The notes: generated from the letters alone by a model not told the origin. 64,000 nucleotides of DNA from an uncultured Chthonomonadaceae bacterium (GCA_963817895.1 CAWFQB010000003.1:96001-160000), one strand, 5' to 3'. Positions 39,160 to 50,701 are shown, counted from the first letter of the stretch. Translations and numbers: made by a program.

Positions 39160-39838
39160 CTAAAACGGCAGTAACGAGCGGCGGCGGAACCATCCGGTCA
39201 GGCTGTAGCGGGAACGGGTTGCGGGCAGAACCTCGTGCGGAACCGTGTCGCTGCGGAACAGGGCGAGAGTTCCGGCATGGGGCAGCACATCTACGCAGGA
39301 TACCGGGGATACTTCCGGCGGGGCGTTCACAGATTTGTTCTGCGCGTTCTGCCGCGTCTTCGGTTTGGGCTTCTTCCGAGTACAGGCGCAGTTGCCCGCC
39401 GTCCGCTTCGCTCCAGCCGGGATTGAGATATAGCGTGGTGGAGATCATGCGCTCATCCGAACTCTGGAAGCGGTCAACGTGCTTGCGGTAAAACGCGCCC
39501 GGTTCGTACACGGCGTAATGCGCTTCCAGCGAGACGAGGCTGAGAAACAGTTCCCGGTTGAGCGTCTGCCGCAAGGCATCCATAGCCGCCCAGTACGGCT
39601 CCTGCGCAGGCGTGGGTTCCTGTGGGTTCAGCCAGAGGATTTGATCGCTGCGTATGTCCGTCCTCGCCGCCTGCCCGCTTCCGCGCCCGATGCCCGCTGC
39701 GCGAAAACGCTGTTCCCGCCCGTATTGTTCGGCTTCCCCGCGCAGCGCGGCGATATTTTCCGGCGCGAGAAAAAAGGGGAGGATCGTCCAACCCCGTTCC
39801 GCCAGTTCCAACGCCGCCAGTTCATAATCAGAGTTCAT
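39160..39838 (-). CDS. 2OG-Fe(II) oxygenase (EGLN/SM-20-like), frameshift near 3' end
   Basis: IRSDQI.W, YRKHVD and YLNPGW...GGQLR; an alternate frame supplies HEVLP..RYSLTGWF. Confidence 0.85.
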
Positions 39839-39919
39839 GTTGGCTTGCCTGCTCCCGAATTATATGCGCGGGCGCAACTCACCGCGCCTGCATGACGGAC
39901 GCGGTTACGAACTTCGCCT

Positions 39920-40129
39920 TCAGTGTTGTGGACGACGGTACACGTAGACGAGGCCGTTGTTGCCGCCCGTCTGCGCGTCGCTCAACACCTGAACCGAAAA
40001 CAATTCCCAGCCCAATTCCACGTAGGCGTTACCTTCCTGATTGAGCATTTCCTGAAGGGCTTCCCCGAAACTCTCGATGTCGTTCCACACCGACATGCCT
40101 TTGGTTTTGACCATGTATTCGTATTTCAT
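39920..40129 (-). CDS. Small DUF4177-like protein
   Basis: MKYEY...LN..G..GWELFSV...YRRP; GGAGG SD. Confidence 0.7.
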   Translation of the reverse strand: MKYEYMVKTKGMSVWNDIESFGEALQEMLNQEGNAYVELGWELFSVQVLSDAQTGGNNGLVYVYRRPQH

Positions 40130-40169
40130 AATCACCCTCCGTATAAAATAGACGGTGCAGTAGCCACAT

Positions 40170-40646
40170 CTATCGCGTTCCCCATTCCCACAATCCGTAA
40201 GAGATGTTGTCCGGCAGGGGATGCCCGGCGTGTTTGAGCGCCCATTCGATCTGTCCGCGATGGTGGGACTCGTGCGCGATAAGATAGCCGATAAACGCGA
40301 CAGCGTGAGGCTTGAAGCCTTTGATTTTGCCGCCCGCCGCCAACCCGCGCCGCGCCAGTTCCGCAACGCCTTTGGCGGACGCTTCCAAAGCGGCGGACAG
40401 TTGCTCGCTCGCGCCTGTAGTTCCCGTTTCCAGTTTTTCCAGCCCGTCCATCAGGTTGGGCGCGGCAGATTTCAGCCACATCAGCCGCACATTATGGATG
40501 TGGGCGAACAGACCGTAAACAGTGCGCCCACGCGCTGTCAGCGACGCCGACAAACCCTCCGGCGGAACAGCCGCCAGAAGGTACAAATGGATTCGTTGAT
40601 GAATTTCCCACGTTTCCACAAGTTGTTCCGCAATTTGCTCATTCAT
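40170..40646 (-). CDS. DinB-family protein
   Basis: FAHIHNVR and YLIAHESHHRGQ. Confidence 0.88.
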   Translation of the reverse strand: MNEQIAEQLVETWEIHQRIHLYLLAAVPPEGLSASLTARGRTVYGLFAHIHNVRLMWLKSAAPNLMDGLEKLETGTTGASEQLSAALEASAKGVAELARRGLAAGGKIKGFKPHAVAFIGYLIAHESHHRGQIEWALKHAGHPLPDNISYGLWEWGTR

Positions 40647-40858
40647 GCCGACAGTATAGCAAGAAGGTGAAATGGTGTCAACATCAATTTTGAGGGCTTG
40701 CTTATTTTTTACAAATTTCACGTCATTTTAATATATCGGTGCTATGCTAAACTCGTGGGGAACACTTCGATTTATAATGCGACGGCGTTGTACTGTAGCC
40801 CCCATTCGCGTGTATTCGCGTTCATTCGCGGCTAAATTCCTATTTGGATAAATGGATT

Positions 40859-41593
40859 ATGAAGATACTGCTGATTGAAGACGAAGCGGGCATTGCCGGG
40901 TTGATACGGCGCGGACTGGAAAACGCGAACTACGCCGTAGATGTTGCCTCCGATGGCAAAACCGGGCTGAACATGGCGCTGGATACCGCGTACAACCTGA
41001 TTATTCTGGATGTGATGCTGCCGGGTATGGACGGGATGCGGGTGTGCGCGGAACTGCGCGCGCAGAAGCAGCGCGTCCCGATTCTAATGCTGACGGCGCG
41101 GGACGGGATCGAAGACCGGGTGCGCGGGCTGGATACGGGGGCCGATGATTACCTTGCCAAGCCGTTCGATTTCGCGGAACTACTGGCGCGGGTTCGGGCG
41201 CAATTGCGGCGCGACAAGGTACATCGGACACGGACTATTCGGGTCGGTGATCTGGAAATTGATACCGCGCAACGGCGCGTGACGCGGGCGGGAACCGAGA
41301 TCGGACTCAGCCACCGCGAGTACGAACTGCTGGAAGCCCTCGCCTCCAATGAGAGCCGGGTGCTGACGCGCGAAGCCATTCAGGAGCGTATCTGGCAGAA
41401 CGAAGACTCGTACTCCAATACCGTTGACGTATACATCGGGATGCTGCGCAAGAAAATAGACGCGGGGCAGGCCGTGAAACTGATTCATACCGTGCATGGC
41501 GTGGGGTATACGCTGCGCCTGCCAGAAGAGACGGCGCTGACCAATGCTCCGCATCCGACAGGAGCAAACTCCACAGGAGAAAACACTCCTTGA
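40859..41593 (+). CDS. OmpR/PhoB-family response regulator
   Basis: ILLIEDE, LDVMLP, LTA, GADDYLAKPF and winged helix VDVYIGMLRKK. Confidence 0.95.
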   Translation: MKILLIEDEAGIAGLIRRGLENANYAVDVASDGKTGLNMALDTAYNLIILDVMLPGMDGMRVCAELRAQKQRVPILMLTARDGIEDRVRGLDTGADDYLAKPFDFAELLARVRAQLRRDKVHRTRTIRVGDLEIDTAQRRVTRAGTEIGLSHREYELLEALASNESRVLTREAIQERIWQNEDSYSNTVDVYIGMLRKKIDAGQAVKLIHTVHGVGYTLRLPEETALTNAPHPTGANSTGENTP

Positions 41594-43280
41594 ATTCAGT
41601 CTTCCAATCTTTATCTTTCCTTGTCAAACTGGCTTTCGCGGCGGGGTTCGCTGCGAACGCAATTGATTGCGTGGAACATTGCGATTCTGGCCCTGCTGTT
41701 AGGCGGGTTGGGTCTGGTGATTCGGGGCGCGGTGTATGCCGCAATGCTGGCCTCCATAGACCGCGACCTTGAGGAACGCCTGCGCCATTTTCACGAGCCG
41801 CCCCCGCCCCCCGGCCCGCCCCGCCGCAATCCTCCCCCGAATACCGCTCTAAATTCCCCCGACAATGCCTCCCGTTTCCAATTCGCAGACGCCGTTCCGA
41901 CCTGAAGTGGAAGGCCCGCAGAACGCAGGCGATAACGCCCCCGGCCCGATGCGGCAACCTGACGGCAACGCCCCGCCGCGCCCACAACCGGAAAATGAGC
42001 GGACACCGCCTGATGAGGACGGCCCGCGCCCGCCGCGTCCTCCCAATTCCTCTTTTAGCGGACGGAACCAATCACAGCCGCCGCAGAATTCAGACCCGTA
42101 TCGTCCCCTGCCGCTCGACTTGCAGGGGCAGGTTTTGGGGCGACAGGAGACGCGCCGGATGTGGGACAGGGACGCCTTTACGCAGGCGTTAAAAGGAAAA
42201 CCGGTCTATTCCATCGCTGTTGCGGGCAAGGAACCGCTGCGCGTCCTGTCCCGGCGTTTCCCCGCGCAGGGCGCAATCGGGGGCGTGATACAGACCGCGT
42301 ACCCGCTTGGCGAGGTGTACCGGGCGCGGCAAGGATTGGATCGCGCCCTGCTGATGCTGATTCCCTTCGCGCTGGTATGCGCGGGACTGGCAGGCGCGTA
42401 TCTTACGGGGCGCGTTTTGCGGCGTGTCCGCTCCATGACGCTGGCGGCGGAGCAGATGGGGGCGCAGGCGTTTTCACAGCGCCTGCCTGTATCGGGCAAT
42501 GACGAGTTCGCCGGACTTGCCGAAACGTTCAACGGCCTGTTGGGACGGCTTGGAGGGCGCGTTCAAACAGCAGGAACAACTGCTCGAACAGCAGCGGCGT
42601 TTCACTGCCGACGCTTCGCACGAACTGAAAACCCCGCTTACTATTATCAAAGGCCATACCAGCCTGACTCTGAGCGACGCAGATGAGAATGATGCCGACA
42701 TTGCGCCCTATCGCCAATCCCTGCAAGAGATTGACCGCGCGGCGGATTCCATGTCGCATCTGGTACAGGATTTATTGCTGCTGGCCCGTTCTGATGGCGG
42801 GCAGTTGGGCCGAAATCCCATCAATCTGCTGCTGCGCGAAATTCTGGAACGCGCCATTTCCGCCGCGAGCATACATTCCGGCGCAAAGGCGATGCTGACG
42901 GTTGAGTGAGGAGGGGTTGTGCGTGTCGGGGAACGAAACGGAACTGATACGGCTGTTCGCGAAATCTGGTGGAAAACGCCATCCGGTACACGCCCGAAAC
43001 CGGCAGCGTGCATGTGTCCGCCTGCCGTCAGAACGGGCAGGTTCTGGTCACGATTGCGGATACGGGAATCGGCATCGCGCCCGAACATCTGCCGCATCTG
43101 GGCGAACGCTTTTATCGCGTGGACACCTCCCGCACCCGACCGACCGGCGGAACCGGACTTGGACTGTCCATCTGCAAAGGCATCGCGCAGGCGCATGGCG
43201 GAACCCTGACGTTTACAAGCGTCGTCGGCAAGGGAACAACGGTTGCGGTAGGCTTCCGGGGTAGGTTGTTAGGTTGTTAG
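41590..43280 (+). CDS. Sensor histidine kinase (HAMP-HisKA-HATPase), split by several frameshifts
   Basis: TM-Pro-rich sensor-TM; ADASHELKTPL; ENAIRY; DTGIGI; GGTGLGL. Confidence 0.85.
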
Positions 43281-43596
43281 TTGTTAGTTGTTAGGATTGT
43301 GTCTTTATGGCAGAGTAGCGTACCATCTTGATGACTTAACGACCTAACAACCTTAACAAAACGAAAAAGGCTCCTTCCGATGGATGCTGGAAGGAGCGAA
43401 TAACAATGTTTGGTTTTGCCGGTTGAATTATCGGGTTGGTTAAAAATCTTCTTTAGGGCAAATTTTTACAAGCGCGAACCTTTTCTCCCCCTGCTCGTAA
43501 CTGGTAATGAAACCTCGCCTCCATGATGGCGGCGAAAACAAAGTTTCAAAAAGCCTCGCAATCAGAGGCCGGGTAAGCAATTGAGGGAGATCCAAA

Positions 43597-44109
43597 ATGA
43601 GCCGACTGAATTCACTGCAAGACCTGTTTATTGACGAATTGAAAGACGTGTACCACGCCGAAAACCAGATCACCAAAGCGCTGCCCAAGATGGCGGATGC
43701 TGCCACGTCGCCCGAACTGAAAGCCGCCTTCGAGACGCATTTGCAGGAGACGCTGGGCCAGATCAAGCGACTGGAGCAGGTGTTCCAAACGCTGGACATC
43801 GCGCCGCAGGCCAAGCCGTGCAAGGCCATGCAGGGCATTATTGCCGAAGGCGAAGAGATGATGTCGGAAGACGCCAGGCCCACTGTCATGGATGCGGCCC
43901 TGATCTCGTCCGCGCAGCGCGTGGAACACTACGAAATCACCGGCTACGGCACACTGCGCACGTTCGCGCACGAGTTGGGCAACGAAGAAGCGGTTCGGCT
44001 GCTTCAGGAAACGCTGGATGAGGAGCGGGCCACCGACGAGAAACTGACCAAACTGGCGGAAACGCGCGTCAATTCCAAAGCGGTCGAAAGCGCGGGCGCG
44101 CTTCGTTAG
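43597..44109 (+). CDS. Ferritin-like YciE/YciF (DUF892) stress protein
   Basis: LKDVYHAENQ, HLQET, AQRVEHYEI and EE..TDEKL. Confidence 0.92.
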   Translation: MSRLNSLQDLFIDELKDVYHAENQITKALPKMADAATSPELKAAFETHLQETLGQIKRLEQVFQTLDIAPQAKPCKAMQGIIAEGEEMMSEDARPTVMDAALISSAQRVEHYEITGYGTLRTFAHELGNEEAVRLLQETLDEERATDEKLTKLAETRVNSKAVESAGALR

Positions 44110-44150
44110 AGCACGGTTTGGGTACGGTTAGAAAACTCCGTTTGTATTTT

Positions 44151-44181
44151 CTGCCCCGCAGTATTTTTGACTGCGGGGCAG
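44151..44181 (+). terminator. Hairpin after the YciF-like gene
   Basis: CTGCCCCGCAGT / ACTGCGGGGCAG stem. Confidence 0.6.
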
Positions 44182-44204
44182 AATTGTTTGCAGGAAAGAA
44201 CGCT

Positions 44205-45173
44205 ATGCCTGTTCGCGCCTATTTATACGATGCTGAAGCGAAAGACCGCGAAGTGGCGCTGGAAGCTCCGCTTGTCGCCGGACTGACGGACGCGCAACTG
44301 TTATGGGTGGATGTCAACGGCGCGGAAGAGTTGGAACTGCGCTCTCTTGCCTCCCAATTTAATTTGAAACGGGAATCTGTGTATAATCTGCTGCACCCGG
44401 ATCGCCGCCCCCGTCTTGACAACTACGGCGATTATTTACAGTTCAACATGGATGCGGTGGAAGAAACAGACGGTAAATATCGGGTCGTAGAACTCACGTT
44501 CGTCGTCGGGCCCAACTTCGTGATTACGGTTCACTCCACGCCGGTCGCTTTTTTGAATAGTTTCGATCAGCGCGTGAAGGGCGACACGCAGATGGGGCAG
44601 TTGGATGCGAGCGCGTTTCTGGCCGCGCTGCTCGACTGGCACATCACCAGTTATTTTCGCATTGTGGAGCAGTTGGAGTCGCGGGTAGACCGTCTGGACA
44701 CGCTGACGCTGCGTTCGCGGCATCGGCGGGACGTGCTGACGGAACTGGCGAAACTGCGGCAGCGCGTGGCGTTTATTCGCCGGACGCTGACGCCCCACCG
44801 GGAAGTGTACGCCGCGCTGTCGCGCCCGGATTTTCAGGTGATCTCTAATTCCGACTCCGCCGCGCATTATGAACTGCTCAATGACCGTTTGCAGCGCGCC
44901 ATCGAAGCCGTTGAAAACGCGCGGGAACTGCTGGTCGGCTCCTTCGATATGTTCACCACGCAAACCGCCCTGCGTACCAATGAGGCCATGAAAACCCTGA
45001 CTATCGCCTCCTTTATCTGGTTTCCCGCCAGCGTAATTGTCGCCATTGCCGCGATGCTGCTGCGAACGCCCGTCAATCCGGTAGGAACGCCGGGTTTCTG
45101 GCTGATGATCGCGTCCATTGTGTTGATCGGCATCGGAACGATTGTCATGGCAAAATGGAGGAAGTGGGTGTAG
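44205..45173 (+). CDS. CorA-family divalent cation transporter
   Basis: LWVDV, RPRLDNYG and NEAMKTLT plus two C-terminal TM helices. Confidence 0.85.
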   Translation: MPVRAYLYDAEAKDREVALEAPLVAGLTDAQLLWVDVNGAEELELRSLASQFNLKRESVYNLLHPDRRPRLDNYGDYLQFNMDAVEETDGKYRVVELTFVVGPNFVITVHSTPVAFLNSFDQRVKGDTQMGQLDASAFLAALLDWHITSYFRIVEQLESRVDRLDTLTLRSRHRRDVLTELAKLRQRVAFIRRTLTPHREVYAALSRPDFQVISNSDSAAHYELLNDRLQRAIEAVENARELLVGSFDMFTTQTALRTNEAMKTLTIASFIWFPASVIVAIAAMLLRTPVNPVGTPGFWLMIASIVLIGIGTIVMAKWRKWV

Positions 45174-45322
45174 GCGAAGGATGAGGGATGAAGGACGAAA
45201 GCGGCACATTTGAGAGTTGTATTACCATTCTCATAAACTGCTTATTCCGGGCGCAGACTGGCTGGTTGAAGGTTCATTAGCGGGGGCGTTCATGCTTCGG
45301 CTCAGGGAAAGGAAAAGGAAGA

Positions 45323-45830
45323 GTGGCAGACGATACGCCGGTGTCGAAACCGGAAGCCGAATTTGTTTTGCAGAAGGTGCAGCCGGCATTGTTAGGATTG
45401 ATGGATGGTTCGGTTTCCACGCTCGCGCCCCTGTTTGCCGCCGCCGGACTGACCCATAAACCCATGCAGGCGTTTTATGTGGGACTGGCGGCTTCGGTTG
45501 GGGCGGGCATCAGCATGGGACTGGCCGAAGCGCTTTCCGACGACGGAACGGTAACGGGCAGGGGCAAGCCCCATTCTGCGCGGCGTGATTACCGGACTGG
45601 CGACTACATTGGGCGGGATGCTGCATACCCTGCCGTTTCTATTGGGCGATCTGAATACCGCTCTGAAATTCGCGTATGGCGTGGTCGTGGCGGAACTGCT
45701 CGGCATCGCGTTCATCCGCTGGCGCTTCATGAAAAGCCCGCTCGGACAAACCGTAGCGCAGGTGATTGTCGGCGGCGGCATCGTCTTCCTCATCGGGATA
45801 TGGCTGGGCAAGTTAGGCGCGGGAGGATAG
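45323..45830 (+). CDS. VIT1/CCC1-family membrane protein (one frameshift near 45570)
   Basis: [12 protein letters not shown] and [16 protein letters not shown]; an extra C in the CCCC run separates the two halves. Confidence 0.82.
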
Positions 45831-45939
45831 CGGCAAAAACAAACCGGCCTGTGTCTTCCGTTCTTGGTGGAAGAGACAGGCCGGGGTTGGGGAACGGCAT
45901 TGCTTGCGGGTCATGGGGACACCGCAACGCGCCGGAGGG

Positions 45940-46455
45940 CTAACCCTCCTCATCGCCGTTCATCTGTATGTAGACATCGCGGATACGCCGGACGTGATAC
46001 GCGACATTGGCGGACGTGCAGCCGACAATCGCGCCCACTTCGCGCCAGGTGTAGCCCTCCATCAGCGCGCGCAGGATTCGCTGCTGCGTAATGGTCAGGC
46101 GGGCAAACAACGCGCCTAAATCCACATTACTCCGCGCGTCCAGGTACGATGCCATACTGGGGGGAACATCGTCGAGCGCGACGTGCTGCCGCCGCCGCTG
46201 CCTGCGGATTGTATCCAAAATGCGCCAGCGCGCCCGTTTCAGCAGATGCTGTTCCGGCGTGCCGACCGAGTGATCCAAACGCGGCAGGATTTCCAGCACA
46301 GCAAGCCACGCTTCCTGACGCAGATCGTCCTCATCCACGCCGCAGCGACGCCCGAAGTACGACGCCATTTTCTCCACACGAGTTTGTATCAATTCCATCA
46401 ATCGGGCATGATCGGGCGCGTCGCCCCGCTCTGCCCGTTCCAATAACGGTTGCAT
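45940..46455 (-). CDS. Small sigma70/ECF-like sigma factor
   Basis: [10 protein letters not shown] (region 2); YTWREVG...NVAYHVRRI (region 4 HTH). Confidence 0.75.
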   Translation of the reverse strand: MQPLLERAERGDAPDHARLMELIQTRVEKMASYFGRRCGVDEDDLRQEAWLAVLEILPRLDHSVGTPEQHLLKRARWRILDTIRRQRRRQHVALDDVPPSMASYLDARSNVDLGALFARLTITQQRILRALMEGYTWREVGAIVGCTSANVAYHVRRIRDVYIQMNGDEEG

Positions 46456-47589
46456 CACACGCTTCTCCTCAAAAGAAGAATTCTCAAAAGAATCCTCAAG
46501 AATTCTCGAAAGAACTTTCAAACCACAAGAAGATACATCCACCGATGCGGCTCACAGACTTTTGCCGGCAACGAATCGGGAACCTGCCTCTGGCAAGGTC
46601 AACCCGTTCCCATTCACCTGTCCACAAAAAAGCCGCCCCTGTGGTTTATCCACCGGGCGGCTCGCGTTCAGGAGACGTTGGCGGACACGCGCAAGTATTC
46701 GGAACGCGCAGCAAATTGCTGCGCCCCGGATCGCGCGGTCCCTGTCTGCAAGTCTTCTCGTAATTCGTGAGAAGAAGCGGTCGCGTTGAGGCGTTCTCAA
46801 CGCGCTGACGAACGACACGAAGGTCGCGGCATCAAGCGCGGGAGAACTGTCCTCGCGGTGGACAAGGCCGAACCAAAACATTGATCGGCGCCCGGCGCGT
46901 ATTCGCCCCGATGCGCGCTCCAATCGGCGCTATGGCCGAAATGTGGGTTGTTCGCAACACTTTCCACCTCCGTAAAGAATTTTCCAGAGAAATCTTCCAC
47001 TCATGGCTTGTGTGCGGCTGCGAACTGGCGAACGGAATATTCGCCAATACAGCCCGGAGGGGGAGCGACAAAACAGAAATGCCAGGCAGCCTGCCGAATT
47101 GCAGGCGCGGATGCGTTTTGCGAGTCATTTCCATTCCTTGTTCTCCCGAACTCCTCTGCCGAATGTTTCGTTTCTAAAATGATTTCGAAGAATAACCCGG
47201 CAACTTGCACACGATGTATAGTATACGCCTTTTATGCGCGGCTGACCAGAGGCTGACAGCCAATTTTCAGTCGCAAGCGCAAAAATTTGTACTACGCCCG
47301 CTTTATCGGCGGCAGGCTTTGCCCTGCTAAAGACGCTTCAAAGAATTTTTGATAAAATTTTGTTCTGATGCCTTATCTGCTTCACCCGGCGTCAGGAGAA
47401 CTGAGGAGATACAAAGAGAAAGCTAAAAACGGCGTGTAGGAGTTTTGTAGGAGTGGCCGGGATATACTGCCCACGGGATGAATTCGTCACAATTTACGAA
47501 TGAGCGGCAACATCTTTTCAGTTATACTCTGCCCTGCTCTCCCGGCTCTTTATGTAGTAATGACATGTTTGACAAAGGAGACGTTTATT

Positions 47590-48276
47590 ATGTGGATAGG
47601 CAAACTGGTTTGCGCTGCGCTGCTGCCTCTGTGCGGTATTGCCGCTTGCGCTCTTTCGGCGTCATCGGCTTCGGCGCAACAGACCTTGAATTTTACGGTG
47701 GACGGTCAGGCGCAACCCTGGCAGTTCGTCAGTGGCGGGCTGAATACCGGCTTTCAGTTTGGCATCAACGATGGGATTACGCCGACCGTTGTGAGCGCCT
47801 CAGATGGCTATGACTTCACGCCGGGTGGTTCCTTTACTGTCACCTACGTTTCCGGCCTGACCAGCGCGTTTATTGGTTTAGCGCCATCGTTGGATGGTAT
47901 CGGGGATACGGGCTACGATTCCAGCGGCTTTGGCGGCAGCAGTGGCAACGGTTTTCCCAGCAAGTATGTAGACCCGGCTTCGTATCCGGTCTATTTGAAC
48001 GCGCTCGTGGGCACGTTCGCCGACAACTCGGGGGCGATTGTGGGTACGCCGTTCTTTCTTGGGAATGGCCCTGCCTCTGAAATTGTTCCTGTGGGAGCCA
48101 CCCGGCTGCAGTTGGGAATCAATGATGACGTTTTTTCGGACAATCTGGGTTCTCTCACCGTCAGCGTGTTCGGCCCAACCCCTGCCCTCGTTCCCGAACC
48201 CGGCAGTATCGCGCTCCTTGTCGGCATGAGCCTGACCGGAGCCGCCTTTCTCCGCCGCCGTAAACAGTCCCGCTAA
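47590..48276 (+). CDS. PEP-CTERM surface protein
   Basis: AAGGAG SD; signal peptide; VPEPG-TM-RRRK. Confidence 0.9.
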   Translation: MWIGKLVCAALLPLCGIAACALSASSASAQQTLNFTVDGQAQPWQFVSGGLNTGFQFGINDGITPTVVSASDGYDFTPGGSFTVTYVSGLTSAFIGLAPSLDGIGDTGYDSSGFGGSSGNGFPSKYVDPASYPVYLNALVGTFADNSGAIVGTPFFLGNGPASEIVPVGATRLQLGINDDVFSDNLGSLTVSVFGPTPALVPEPGSIALLVGMSLTGAAFLRRRKQSR

Positions 48277-48299
48277 CGCCTGAACCTGAACATAACCTC

Positions 48300-48340
48300 A
48301 AAAAGCCGGACAGAGTATTCCGTTACTCTGTCCGGCTTTT
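48300..48340 (+). terminator. Rho-independent terminator (likely bidirectional)
   Basis: AAAAGCCGGACAGAGTA-loop-TACTCTGTCCGGCTTTT. Confidence 0.85.
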
Positions 48341-48406
48341 AAACGTTTTGAGATTTACAGAAGAAAAAAGCCCACTTTCGGCCTATGTTGCCGCATGTTG
48401 CCGCAA

Positions 48407-48436
48407 TTGACACATATTTGCGCGAAGTGGTACAAT
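48407..48436 (+). promoter_or_regulatory. Sigma70 promoter for dxs
   Basis: TTGACA-N18-TACAAT with TG extension. Confidence 0.65.
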
Positions 48437-48580
48437 TTCGGGAACCGTTCCGGCTCACAGGGTTCTCTATACCTGTATTCGGTCACAACGGAACCTATTC
48501 CGCGTATTCTCACTATTAATAAGTATTAAGGACGGCGGCAGCGATGCCGTTTCCTGTTATCACATAAGGGGTACATCTGA

Positions 48581-50629
48581 ATGTACGATTTGCTGTCCCG
48601 TGTGCATAGTCCCGCCGATCTGAAAACGCTTTCGCGCGATCAGTTGAAACAGGTTGCCAACGAACTGCGTCAGGCAATCATTGACAACCTTTCCAAAACA
48701 GGCGGCCATTTCGCGTCCGATCTGGGCGCCACTGACCTGATTCTCGCGCTTCATACCGTGTACAACGTCCCCAAAGACAAAATTATCTGGGACACGGGGC
48801 ATCAGTGCTACGCGCACAAAATGCTCACGGGGCGGCTGGATAGGTTCGAGACGCTGCGGCAGTATGGCGGTCTGAGCGGATTTCTGCGCCGGGAGGAGAG
48901 CGATTTCGATCTGTTCGGCGCAGGACACGCGGGAACCAGCATCTCCGCCGCGTATGGCTTTGCGGTTGCCCGCGACCTTGCCGGCAACACCAAAGATGAG
49001 CATGTCCTTGCCGTGATTGGCGACGCCAGCATGACGGCGGGCATGGCGCTGGAAGGGCTGCACAACGCGGGACACAGCGGGCGCAAATTCGTGGTCGTCC
49101 TCAACGACAACGATATGAGCATTGCTGAAAGCGTGGGCGCGCTGTCCACCTATCTCGCCAAATTGCGCTCGTCGCGCCTGTATCAGAACGTGGAAGCGCA
49201 AACCAAAAGCGCCCTCAAAATCGTTCCCGGCGCGCCCGGTCGCCTGATTACCCGCGCCGCCAGCAGCGTTTTGCGCCAGAACTTGACGCACCTTGTTTCC
49301 GCCGATAATTCCGGCGTCCTCTTTGAAGAACTGGGCTTCAAGTATTTCGGGCCGGTTGACGGCCACGATGTTGACCTGATGATAGATTTGTTCACGGCTA
49401 TCAAGCAGATAGACGGCCCCGTTTTCGTACACCTGCGCACCTTCAAGGGCAAGGGGTACGATCCCGCCGAGGGCGACGCGCGCAAGTGGCATGCGGTTAC
49501 GCCGCCCATGTTCAAGGACACGGCGGCAGGCACGGCCAGCGGCAGCAAGTCCAGCGGACAGACATGGACGAGCGTTTTCAGCAACGCCCTGATTGAAATG
49601 GCCGCGCAGGACCCGAAGATTGTGGCGATTACGGCTGCAATGCCGGACGGAACCGGCCTGACCAAGTTCAGCCAGGTTTACCCGGATCGCTATTTCGATA
49701 CCGCTATTGCCGAACAACACGCGGTCGGATTCGCGGCGGGACTTGCCGCATGTGGCATCAAGCCGGTCACGACAATCTACAGCACGTTTTTGCAGCGCGC
49801 TTACGACATGATCGAGCATGACGTGGCGCTTCAGAACCTGCCCGTAATTTTCTGCATGGATCGCGCCGGACTGGTGGGCGACGACGGCCCGACCCATCAC
49901 GGCGTTTTCGACATCGCGTATCTGCGCCACATTCCCAATGTCACGATGCTCGCGCCCAAAGACGGCCCGGAATTCGACCTGATGCTGCGCTACATGATTC
50001 AGGAACACGTTGTCGGTTCCCATTCCGGCCCAATCGCCATCCGCTACCCGCGCGGCAACGCGCCGAGCATTGATTGGCCCGCAAATCAGGGGTCAGGGGT
50101 CAGAGGTCAGGGGTCAGGGGAGAACGGCCTGACACCTGAAACCCGATACCTGACACCTGCTATTGAATGGGGCAAGGCGGAAGTGCTGATGGAGGGCGAG
50201 GATGTGGCGATGCTGGCGTATGGCAACATGGTCGCGCCCGCGTTTGAAGCCGCGCAAACCCTACAGGCCGAGGGTGTCAGCGTTCATTTCGTCAATCTGC
50301 GCTGGGCCAAGCCGCTGGATAAGCAGGTGATTGTGGATGCGGCGCGGCGTACCGGCAAAGTGATCGTGATGGAAGAGGGCGTTGTCACGGGTGGCGTCGG
50401 CACGGGCGTACTGGAAGTGTTGGCGGAAAACGGTGTGTCCAATGTAAAGGTGAAATTGTTCGGTGTGCCGGACAAGTTTATCGAGCATGGCGCGATTCCC
50501 ATTCTGCATCGCCTGTGCATGTTGACCGCGCCGGACTTTGCCGCCGCCGCCCGCGACCTGATGGGCAGGCCGCAGCCGGAACCCGAACGCATGACGCATG
50601 ACGGCCCGCATGAAGCGCTGACGGCGTGA
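48581..50629 (+). CDS. dxs: 1-deoxy-D-xylulose-5-phosphate synthase
   Basis: GGHF, WDTGHQ, GHAGTSIS, GDASMTAG..LNDN, AIAEQHA, DGPTHHG and IRYPRG. Confidence 0.97.
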   Translation: MYDLLSRVHSPADLKTLSRDQLKQVANELRQAIIDNLSKTGGHFASDLGATDLILALHTVYNVPKDKIIWDTGHQCYAHKMLTGRLDRFETLRQYGGLSGFLRREESDFDLFGAGHAGTSISAAYGFAVARDLAGNTKDEHVLAVIGDASMTAGMALEGLHNAGHSGRKFVVVLNDNDMSIAESVGALSTYLAKLRSSRLYQNVEAQTKSALKIVPGAPGRLITRAASSVLRQNLTHLVSADNSGVLFEELGFKYFGPVDGHDVDLMIDLFTAIKQIDGPVFVHLRTFKGKGYDPAEGDARKWHAVTPPMFKDTAAGTASGSKSSGQTWTSVFSNALIEMAAQDPKIVAITAAMPDGTGLTKFSQVYPDRYFDTAIAEQHAVGFAAGLAACGIKPVTTIYSTFLQRAYDMIEHDVALQNLPVIFCMDRAGLVGDDGPTHHGVFDIAYLRHIPNVTMLAPKDGPEFDLMLRYMIQEHVVGSHSGPIAIRYPRGNAPSIDWPANQGSGVRGQGSGENGLTPETRYLTPAIEWGKAEVLMEGEDVAMLAYGNMVAPAFEAAQTLQAEGVSVHFVNLRWAKPLDKQVIVDAARRTGKVIVMEEGVVTGGVGTGVLEVLAENGVSNVKVKLFGVPDKFIEHGAIPILHRLCMLTAPDFAAAARDLMGRPQPEPERMTHDGPHEALTA

Positions 50630-50677
50630 TACGAGTTGATAGTTGATAGTCCGTAAATCTGTAACTTTCCAATGTTG

Positions 50678-50701
50678 GTAGGGGCGCTGCTTGCTGCGCC
50701 C
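50678..50701 (+). repeat. GTAG-type REP, same family as the REP inside 30286-30408
   Basis: GTAGGGGCGCTGCTTGCTGCGCCC. Confidence 0.65.

Noticed and set aside
48560..50023. 487-aa minus-strand ORF
   Set aside because: Antisense shadow of dxs
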